NCBI GenBank assembly: GCA_964016885.1
Contig: OZ024741.1
Location: forward strand, 399,032,001-399,096,000
DNA from: Eledone cirrhosa
Lineage: Eukaryota
Length of the DNA: 64,000 nucleotides
Direction: 5' to 3'
Made by a program: the position numbers and the translations under genes. Numbering within the stretch: the first letter of the stretch is position 1; each line of letters begins with the position of its first letter. Under the pieces are notes generated by a model. The model was not told where the DNA came from. It searched no databases and was given only the letters and a program-made list of their open reading frames with translations. Below, one piece after another: positions 52,601 through 64,000 of the stretch.

Positions 52601-55600
52601 ACTGGACAACATGAGGCTATAATAGTAAAACCCTTGACCTAAGAACCATAAAAACTGGACAACATTAGGCTATAATAGTAAAACACTTGACCTAAGAACC
52701 ATAAAAACTGGACAACATGAGGCTATAATAGTAAAACCCCTGACCCAAGAATTATAAAAACTGGACAACATGAGGCTATAATAGTAAAAACCTTGACCTA
52801 GGAACCATAAAAACTGGACAACATGAGGCTATAATAGTAAAACCCTTGACCTAAGAACCATAAAAACTGGACAACATGAGGCTATAATAGTAAAACACTT
52901 GACCTAAGAACCATAAAAACTGGACAACATGAGGCTATAATAGTAAAACCCTTCACGTAAGAACCATAAAAACTGGACAACATGCGGCTATAATAGTAAA
53001 ACACTGGACCTAAGAACCATAAAAACTGGACAACATGAGGCTATAATAGTAAAACCCTTGACCTAAGAACCATAAAAACTGGACAAGTTGGGGCTATAAT
53101 AGTAAAACCCTTGACCCAAGAACCATAAAAACTGGACAACATGAGGCTATAATAGTAAAACCCTTGATCTAAGAACCATAAAAACTGGACAACATGAGGC
53201 TATAATAGTAAAACCCTTGACCTAAGAACCATAACAACTGGACAACATGAGGCTATAATAGTAAAACCCTTGACCTAAGAACCATAAAAACTGGACAACA
53301 TGAGGCTATAATAGTAAAACCCTTGACCTAAGAACCATAAAAATTGGACAACATGAAGCTATATAGTAAAACCTTTGAAGAAAGAACCATAAAAACTGGA
53401 CAACATTAGGCTATAATAGTAAAACCCTTGACATAAGAACCATAAAAACTGGACAACATGAGGCTATAATAGTAAAAGCCCTGACCCAAGAACAATAAAG
53501 ACTGGACAACATGAGGCAATAATAGTAAAACCCTTGACCTAAGAACCATAAAAACTGGACAAGATGGGGCTATAATAGTAAAACCCTTGACCCAAGAACC
53601 ATAAAAACTGGACAACATGAGGCTATAATAGTAAAACCCTTGACCCAAGAACCATAAAAACTGGACAACATGAGGCTATAATAGTAAAACCCTTGACCTA
53701 AGAACCATAAAAACTGTACAAGATGGGGCTATAATAGTAAAACCCTTGACCCAAGAACCATAAAAACTGGACAACATGAGGCTATAATAGTAAAACCCTT
53801 GACCTAAGAGCCATAAAAACTGGACAACATGAGGCTATAATAGTAAAACCCTTGACCTAAGAACCATAAAAACTGGACAACATGAGGCTATAATAGTAAA
53901 ACCCTGGACCTAACAACCATAAAAACTGGACAACATGAGGCAATAATAGTAAAACCCTTGACCTAAGAACCATAAAAACTGGACAAGTTGGGGCTATAAT
54001 AGTAGAACCCTTGACCCAAGAACCATAAAAACTGGCCAACATGAGGCTATAATAGTAAAACCCTTGACCTAAGAACCATAAAAACTGGACAACATGAGGC
54101 TATAATAGTAAAACCCTTGACCTAAGAACCATAAAACCTGAACAACATGAGGCTATAATAGTAAAACCCTTGACCTAAGAACCATAAAAACTGGACAACA
54201 TGAGGCTATAATAGTAAAAGCCTTGACCTAAGAACCATAAAAACTGGACAACATGAGGCTATAATAGTAAAGCCTTTGACCTAAGAACCATACAAACTGG
54301 AGAACATATGGCTGTAATAGTAAAATCCTTGACCTAAGAACCATAAAAACTGGACAACATGAGGCTATAATAATAAAACCCTTGACCTAAGAACCATAAA
54401 AACTGGACAACATGAGGCTATAATAGTAAAAACCTCGACCTAAGAACCATAAAAACTGGACAAGATGGGGCTATAATAGTAAAACCCTTGACCCAAGAAC
54501 CATAAAAACTGGACAACATGAGGCTATAATAGTAAAACCCTTGACCTAAGAACCATAAAAACTGAACAACATGAGGCTATAATAGTAAAACCCTTGACCT
54601 AAGAACCATAAAAACTGTACAAGATGGGGCTATAATAGTAAAACCCTTGACCCAAGAACAATAAAAACTGGACAACATGAGGCTATAATAGTAAAACCCT
54701 TGACGTAAGAACCATAAAAACTGGACAACATGAGGCTATAATAGTAAAACCCTTGACCTAAGAACCATACAAACTGGACAACATGAGGCTATAATAGTAA
54801 AACCCTTGGCCTAAGAACGATAAAAACTGGACAACATGAGGCTATAATAGTAAAACCCCTGACCCAAGATTTATAAAAACTGGACAACATGAGGCTATAA
54901 TAGTAAAACCCTTGACCTAAGAACCATAAAAACTGGACAACATGAGGCTATAATAGTAAAACCCTTGACCTAAGAACCATAAAAACTGGACAACATGAGG
55001 CTATAATAGTAATACCCTTGACCTAAGAACCATAAAAACTGGACAAGATGAGGCTATAATAGTAAAACCCTTGACCTAAGAACCATAAAAACTGGACAAC
55101 ATGAGGCTATAATAGTAAAACCCTTGACCTAAGAACCATAAAAACTGGACAACATGAGGCTATAATAGTAAAACCCTTGACCTAAGAACCATAAAAACTG
55201 GACAACATGAGGCTATAATAGTAAAATCCTTGACCTAAGAACCATAAAAACTGGACAACATGAGGCTATAATAGTAAAACCCTTGACCTAAGAATCATAA
55301 AAACTGAACAACATGAGGCTATAATAGTAAAACCCTTGACCTAAGAACCATAAAAACTGTACAAGATGGGGCTATAATAGTAAAACCCTTGACCCAAGAA
55401 CCATAAAAACTGGACAACATGAGGCTATAATAGTAAAACCCTTGACGTAAGAACCATAAAAACTGGACAACATGAGGCTATAATAGTAAAACCCTTGACC
55501 TAAGAACCATACAAACTGGACAACATGAGGCTATAATAGTAAAACCCTTGACCTAAGAACCATAAAAACTGGACAACATGAGGCTATAATAGTAAAACCC

Positions 55601-58600
55601 CTGACCCAAGAATTATAAAAACTGGACAACATGAGGCTATAATAGTAAAACCCTTGACCTAAGAACCATAAAAACTGGACAACATGAGGCTATAATAGTA
55701 AAACCCTTGACCTAAGAACCATAAAAACTGGACAACATGAGGCTATAATAGTAAAATCCTTGACCTAAGAATCATAAAAGCTGGACAACATGAGGCTATA
55801 ATAGTAAAACCCTTGACCTAAGAACCATAAAAACTGGACAACATGAGGCTATAATAGTAAAATCCTTGACCTAAGAACTATAATAACTGGACAACATGAG
55901 GCTATAATAGTAAAACCCTTGACCTAAGAACCATAAAACCTGAACAACATGAGGCTATAATAGTAAAACCCTTGACCTAAGAACCATAAAAACTGGACAA
56001 CATGAGGCTATAATAGTAAAACCCTTGACCTAAGAACCATAAAAACTGGACAACATGAGGCTATAATAGTAAAAGCCTTGAACTAAGAACCATAAAAACT
56101 GGACAACATGAGGCTATAATAGTAAAACCCTTGACCTAAGAACCATAAAAACTGGACAACATGAGGCTATAATAATAAAACCCTTGACCTAAGAACCATA
56201 AAAACTGGACAACATGAGGCTATAATAATAAAACCCTTGACCTAAGAACCATAAAAACTGGACAAGATGTGGCTATAATAGTAAAACCCTTGACCCAAGA
56301 ACCATAAAAACTGGACAACATGAGGCTATAATAATAAAACCCTTGACCTAAGAACCATAAAAACTGGACAACATGAGGCTATAATAATAAAACCCTTGAC
56401 CTAAGAACCATAAAAACTGGACAAGATGGGGCTATAATAGTAAAACCCTTGACCCAAGAACCATAAAAACTGGACAACATGAGGCTATAATAGTAAAACC
56501 TTTGACCTAAGAACCATAAAAACTGGACAACATGAGGCTATAACAGTAAAACCCTGGACCTAACAACCATAAAAACTGGACAACATGAGGCTATAATAGT
56601 AAAACCCTTGACCCAAGAACCATAAAAACTGGACAAGTTGGGGCTATAATAGTAAAACCCTTGACCCAAGAACCATAAAAACTGGACAACATGAGGCTAT
56701 AATAGTAAAACCCTTGACCTAAGAACCATAAAACCTGAACAACATAAGGCTGTAATAGTAAAACCCTTGACCTAAGAACCATAAAAACTGGACAACATGA
56801 GGCTATAATAATAAAACCCTTGACCTAAGAACCATAAAAACTGGACAACATGAGGCTATAATAATAAAACCCTTGACCTAAGAACCATAAAAACTGGACA
56901 ACATGAGGCTATAATAGTAAAACCCTTGACCTAAGAACCATAAAAACTGGACAAGATGGGGCTATAATAGTAAAACCCTTGACCCAAGAACCATAAAAAC
57001 TGGACAACATGAGGCTATAATAGTAAAACCCTTGACCTAAGAACCATAAAAACTGGACAACATGAGGCTATAATAGTAAAACCCTTGACCTAAGAACCAT
57101 AAAAACTGTACAAGATGGGGCTATAATAGTAAAAACCTTGACCCAAGAACCATAAAAACTGGACAACATGAGGCTATAATAGTAAAACCCTTGACGTAAG
57201 AACCATAAAAACTGGACAACATGAGGCTATAATAGTAAAACCCTTGACCTAAGAACCATACAAACTGGACAACATGAGGCTATAATAGTAAAACCCTTGA
57301 CCTAAGAACCATAAAAACTGGACAACATTAGGCTATAATAGTAAGACACTTGACCTAAGAACCATAAAAACTGGACAACATGAGGCTATAATAGTAAAAC
57401 CCCTGACCCAAGAATTATAAAAACTGGACAACATGAGGCTATAATAGTAAAACACTTGACCTAAGAACCATAAAAACTGGACAACATGAGGCTATAATAG
57501 TAAAACCCTTCACGTAAGAACCATAAAAACTGGACAACATGCGGCTATAATAGTAAAACACTGGACCTAAGAACCATAAAAACTGGACAACATGAGGCTA
57601 TAATAGTAAAACCCTTGACCTAAGAACCATAAAAACTGAACAACATGAGGCTATAACAGTAAAACCCTGGACCTAACAACCATAAAAACTGGACAACATG
57701 AGGCTATAATAGTAAAACACTTGACCTAAGAACCATAAAAACTGGACAAGTTGGGGATATAATTATTAAAACCCTTGACCCAAGAACCATAAAAGCTGGA
57801 CAAGATGAGGCTATAATAGTAAAACCCTTGACCTAAGAACCATAAAAACTGGACAACATGAGGCTATAATAGTAAAACCCTTGATCTAAGAACCATAAAA
57901 CCTGAACAACATGAGGCTATAATAGTAAAACCCTTGACCTAAGACCCATAAAGACTGGACAACATGAGGCTATAATAGTAAAACCCTTGACCTAAGAACC
58001 ATAAAAACTGGACAACATGAGGCTATAATAGTAAAAGCCTTGACCTAAGAACCATAAAAACTGGACAACATGAGGCTATAATAGTAAAGCCCTTGACCTA
58101 AGAACCATACAAACTGGAGAACATAAGGCTGTAATAGTAAAACCCTTGACCTAAGAACCATAAAAACTGGACAACATGAGGCTATAATAATAAAACCCTT
58201 GACCTAAGAACCATAAAAACTGGACAACATGAGGCTATAATAATAAAACCCTTGACCTAAGAACCATAAAAACTGGACAACATGAGGCTATAATAGTAAA
58301 ACCTTTGACCTAAGAACCATAAAAACTGGACAAGATGGGGCTATAATAGTAAAACCCTTGACCCAAGAACCATAAAAACTGGACAACATGAGGCTATAAT
58401 AGTAAAACCCTTGACCTAAGAACCATAAAAACTGGACAACATGAGGCTATAATAGTAAAACCCTTGACCTAAGAACCATAAAAACTGTACAAGATGCGTC
58501 TATAATAGTAAAACCCTTGACCCAAGAACCATAAAAACTGGACAACATGAGGCTATAATAGTAAAACCCTTGACGTAAGAACCATAAAAACTGGACAACA

Positions 58601-61600
58601 TGAGGCTATAATAGTAAAACCCTTGACCTAAGAACCATACAAACTGGACAACATGAGGCTATAATAGTAAAACCCTTGACCTAAGAACCATAAAAACTGG
58701 ACAACATTAGGCTATAATAGTAAAACACTTGACCTAAGAACCATAAAAACTGGACAACATGAGGCTATAATAGTAAAACCCCTGACCCAAGAATTATAAA
58801 AACTGGACAACATGAGGCTATAATAGTAAAAACCTTGACCTAGGAACCATAAAAACTGGACAACATGAGGCTATAATAGTAAAACCCTTGACCTAAGAAC
58901 CATAAAAACTGGACAACATGAGGCTATAATAGTAAAACACTTGACCTAAGAACCATAAAAACTGGACAACATGAGGCTATAATAGTAAAACCCTTCACGT
59001 AAGAACCATAAAAACTGGACAACATGCGGCTATAATAGTAAAACACTGGACCTAAGAACCATAAAAACTGGACAACATGAGGCTATAATAGTAAAACCCT
59101 TGACCTAAGAACCATAAAAACTGGACAAGTTGGGGCTATAATAGTAAAACCCTTGACCCAAGAACCATAAAAACTGGACAACATGAGGCTATAATAGTAA
59201 AACCCTTGATCTAAGAACCATAAAAACTGGACAACATGAGGCTATAATAGTAAAACCCTTGACCTAAGAACCATAACAACTGGACAACATGAGGCTATAA
59301 TAGTAAAACCCTTGACCTAAGAACCATAAAAACTGGACAACATGAGGCTATAATAGTAAAACCCTTGACCTAAGAACCATAAAAATTGGACAACATGAAG
59401 CTATATAGTAAAACCTTTGAAGAAAGAACCATAAAAACTGGACAACATTAGGCTATAATAGTAAAACCCTTGACATAAGAACCATAAAAACTGGACAACA
59501 TGAGGCTATAATAGTAAAACCCTTGATGTAAGAACCATAAAAACTGGACAAAATGAGGCTATAATAGTAAAAGCCCTGACCCAAGAACAATAAAGACTGG
59601 ACAACATGAGGCTATAATAGTAAAATCCTTGACCTAAGAACCATAAAAACTGGACAACATCAGGCTATAATAGTAAAACCCTTGACCTAAGAACCATAAA
59701 AACTGGACAACATGAGGCTATAATAGTAAAACCCTTGATGTAAGAACAATAAAAACTGGACAACATGAGGCTATAATAGTAAAACCCTTGATGTAAGAAC
59801 CATAAAAACTGGACAACATGAGGCTATAATAGTAAAACCCTTGACCTAAGAACCATAAACTCTAGACAACATGAGGCTATAATAGTAAAACCCTTGACCT
59901 AAGAACCATAAAAACTGGACAAGATGGGGCTATTATAGTAAAACCCTTGACCGAAGAACCATAAAAACTGGATAACATGAGGCTATAATAGTAAAACCCT
60001 TGACCCAAGAACCATAAAAACTGGAAAACATGAGGCTATAATAGTAAAACCCTTGACCTAAGAACCATAAAAACTGGACAACATGTGGCTATAATAGTAA
60101 AACCCTTGACCTAAGAACCATAAAAACTGTACAAGATGGGGCTATAATAGTAAAACCCTTGACCCAAGAACCATAAAAACTGGACAACATGAGGCTATAA
60201 TAGTAAAACCCTTGACCTAAGAACCATAAAAACTGGACAACATGAGGCAATAATAGTAAAACCCTTGACCTAAGAACCATAAAAACTGGACAACATGAGG
60301 CTGTAATAGTAAAACCCTTGACCTAAGAACCATAAAAACTGGACAACATGAGGCTGTAATAGTAAAACCCTTGACCTAAGAACCATACAAACTGGACAAC
60401 ATGAGGCTATAATAGTAAAACCCTTCACCTAAGAACCATAAAAATTGGACAACATGAGGCTATAATAGTAAAACGCTTGACCTAAGAACCATAAAAACTG
60501 GATAACATGAGGCTATAATAGTAAAACCCCTGACCCAAGAACTATAAAAACTGGACAACATGAGGCTATAATAGTAAAACCCTTGACCTAAGAACCATAA
60601 AAACTGGACAACATGAGGCTATAATAGTAAAACACTTGACCTAATAACCATAAATACTGGACAACATGAGGCTATAATAGTAAAACCCTTGACCTAAGAA
60701 CCATAAAAACTGGACAACATGAGGCTATAATAGTAAAACCCTTAACCTAAGAACCATAAAAACTGGACAACATGAGGCTATAATAGTAAAACCCTTGACC
60801 TAAGAACCATAAAAACTGGACAACATGAGGCTATAATAGTAAAACCCTGGATCTAAGAACCATAAATTCTGGACAACATGAGGCTATAATAGTAAAACCC
60901 TTGACCTAAGAACCATAAAAACTGGACAAGTTGGGGCTATAATAGTAAAACCCTTGACACAAGAACCATAAAAATTGGACAACATGAGGCTATAATAGTA
61001 AAACCCTTCACCTAAAAACCATAAAAACTGGACAACATGAGGCTATAATAGTAAAACCCTTGACCTAAGAACCATAAAAACTGGACAACATGAGGCTATA
61101 ATAGAAAAACCCTTGACTTAAGAACCATAAAATCTGGACAACATGAGGCTATAATAGTAAAATCCTTGATGTAAGAACAATAAAAACTGGACAACATGAG
61201 GCTATAATAGTAAAACCCTTGATGTAAGAAACATAAAATCTGGACAACTTGAGTCTATAATAGTAAAACCCTTGATGTAAGAACCATAAAAACTGGACAA
61301 CATGAGGCTATGATAGTAAAACCCTTGACCTAAGAACCATAAAAACTAGACAACATGAGGCTATAATATTAAAACCCTTGACCTAAGAACCATAAAAACT
61401 GGACAAGATGGGGCTATAATAGTAAAACCCTTGACCCAAGAACCATAAAAACTGGATAACATGAGGCTATAATAGTAAAACCCTTGACCCAAGAACCATA
61501 AAAACTGGAAAACATGAGGCTATAATAGTAAAACCCTTGACCTAAGCACCATAAAAACTGGACAACATGTGGCTATAATAGTAAAACCCTTGACCTAAGA

Positions 61601-64000
61601 ACCATAAAAACTGTACAAGATGGGGCTATAATAGTAAAACCCTTGACCCAAGAACCATAAAAACTGGACGACATGAGGCTATAATAGTAAAACCCTTGAC
61701 CTAAGAACCATAAAAACTGGACAACATGAGGCGATAATAGTAAAACCCTTGATCTAAGAATCATAAAAACTGCACAACATGAGGCAATAATAGTAAAACC
61801 CTTGACCTAAGAACCATAAAAACTGGACAACATGAGGCTATAATAGTAAAACCCTTGACCTAAGAACCATAAAAACTGGACAACATGAGTCTATAATAGT
61901 AACACCCTTGACCTAAGAACCATAAAGACTGGACAACATGAAGCTATAATAGTAAAACCCTTGAAGTAAGAACCATAAAAACTGGACAACATGAGGCTAT
62001 AATAGTAAAACCCTTGATCTAAGAACCATACAAACTGGACAACATGAGGCTATAATAGTAAAACCCTTGACCTAAGAACCATAAAAACTGGACAACATGA
62101 GGCTATAATAGTAAAACACTTGACCTAAGAACCATAAAAACTGGACAAAATGAGGCTATAATAGTAAAAGCCCTGACCCAAGAACAATAAAGACTGGACA
62201 ACATGAGGCTATAATAGTAAAATCCTTGACCTAAGAACCATAAAAACTGGACAACATCAGGCTATAATAGTAAAACCCTTGACCTAAGAACCATAAAAAC
62301 TGGACAACATGAGGCTATAATAGTAAAACCCTTGATGTAAGAACAATAAAAACTGGATAACATGAGGCTATAATAGTAAAACCCTTGATGTAAGAACCAT
62401 AAAATCTGGACAACATGAGGCTATAATAGTAAAACCCTTGACCTAAGAACCATAAACACTAGACACATGAGGCTATAATAGTAAAACCCTTGACCTAAGA
62501 ACCATAAAAACTGGACAAGATGGGGCTATTATAGTAAAACCCTTGACCCAAGAACCATAAAAACTGGATAACATGAGGCTATAATAGTAAAACCCTTGAC
62601 CCAAGAACCATAAAAACTGGAAAACATGAGGCTATAATAGTAAAACCCTTGACCTAAGAACCATAAAAACTGGACAACATGTGGCTATAATAGTAAAACC
62701 CTTGACCTAAGAAACATAAAAACTGTACAAGATGGGGCTATAAGAGTAAAACCCTTGACCCAAGAACCATAAAAACTGGACAACATGAGGCTATAATAGT
62801 AAAAACCTTGACCTAAGAACCATAAAAACTGGACAACATGAGGCAATAATAGTAAAACCCTTGACCTAAGAACCATAAAAACTGGACAACATGAGGCTAT
62901 AATAGTAAAACCCTTTATCTAAGAACCATAAAAACTGGACAACATGAGGCTGTAATAGTAAAACCCTTGACCTAAGAACCATAAAAACTGGACAACATTA
63001 GGCTATAATAGTAAAACCCTTGACGTAAGAACCATAAAAACTGGACAACATGAGGCTATAATAGTAAAACCCTTGACCTAAGAACCATACAAACTGGACA
63101 ACATGAGGCTATAATAGTAAAACCCTTCACCTAAGAACCATAAAAACTGGACAACATGAGGCTATAATAGTAAAACGCTTGACCTAAGAACCATAAAAAC
63201 TGGATAACATGAGGCTATAATAGTAAAACCCCTGACCCAAGAACTATAAAAACTGGACGACATGAGGCTATAATAGTAAAACCCTTGACCTAAGAACCAT
63301 AAAAACTGGACAACATGAGGCTATAATAGTAAAACCCTTGACCTAATAACCATAATTACTGGACAACATGAGGCTATAATAGTAAAACCCTTGACCTAAG
63401 AACCATAAAAACTGGACAACATGAGGCTATAATAGTAAAACCCTTGACCTAAGAACCATAAAAACTGGACAACATGAGGCTATAATAGTAAAACCCTGGA
63501 TCTAAGAACCATAAATACTGGACAACATGAGGCTATAATAGTAAAACCCTTGACCTAAGAACCATAAAAACTGGACAAGTTGGGGCTATAATAGTAAAAC
63601 CCTTGACACAAGAACCATAAAAACTGGACAACATGAGGCTATAATAGTAAAACACTTGACCTAAGAACCATATAAACTGGACAACATGAGGCTATAATAG
63701 TAAAACCCTTTACCTAAGAACCATAAAAACTGGACAACATGTGGCTATAATAGAAAACCCTTGACCTAAGAACCATAAAAACTGGACAAGATGGGGATAT
63801 AATAGTAAAACCCTTGACCCAAGAACCATAAAAACTGGACAACATGAGGCTATAATAGTAAAACCCTTCACCTAAAAACCATAAAAACTGGACAACATGA
63901 GGCTATAATAGTAAAACCCTTGATGTAAGAACCATAAAAACTGGACAACATGAGGCTATAATAGTATAACCCTTGACCTAAGAACCATAAAAACTGGACA
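46661..64000. repeat. 53-bp satellite array (~327 monomers, continues past window end)
   Basis: Consensus AAGAACCATAAAAACTGGACAACATGAGGCTATAATAGTAAAACCCTTGACCT. Confidence 0.98.

Noticed and set aside
47603-62876. Short ORFs in the satellite
   Set aside because: Chance loss of stops in variant monomers
46661-64000. CRISPR-like array or bacterial promoters (TTGACC…TATAAT) in the 53-bp repeat
   Set aside because: No unique spacers, no cas genes, eukaryotic context; hexamer spacing is 31 nt rather than ~17

Overview
Eukaryotic, gene-free, repeat-saturated window. It is AT-rich with dense (TA)n/(CA)n/(GA)n microsatellites, and the SINE types suggest an octopus/cephalopod genome (inference). No host protein-coding gene is supported; almost all ORFs in the track are microsatellite translations. 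Contents: (i) a near-full-length CR1-type LINE on the minus strand (12.56-16.81 kb) with an intact APE-RT ORF2 that lacks a usable ATG and is reachable by a G_GGA_AAC -1 slippery site at the end of ORF1; (ii) fragments of RTE, R4/Dong-like and CRE-like LINEs, a non-autonomous Helitron, about 12 tRNA-derived SINEs and a TGT...ACA MITE family; (iii) a 17-kb array of a 53-bp satellite with ~6-kb and ~2.6-kb block duplications; (iv) a 200-N gap. The most striking signal is at least 7 dissimilar short element families embedded in (TA)n tracts that carry type I hammerhead ribozyme (HHR) motifs or their 3' halves. Most are built as head-to-head inverted pairs (one arm with a 3' tail, one without). 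One is a ~428-bp tandem HHR unit of retrozyme type, and the complete HHRs share a non-canonical mismatch at the base of stem II. All structures were folded by eye, not computed.
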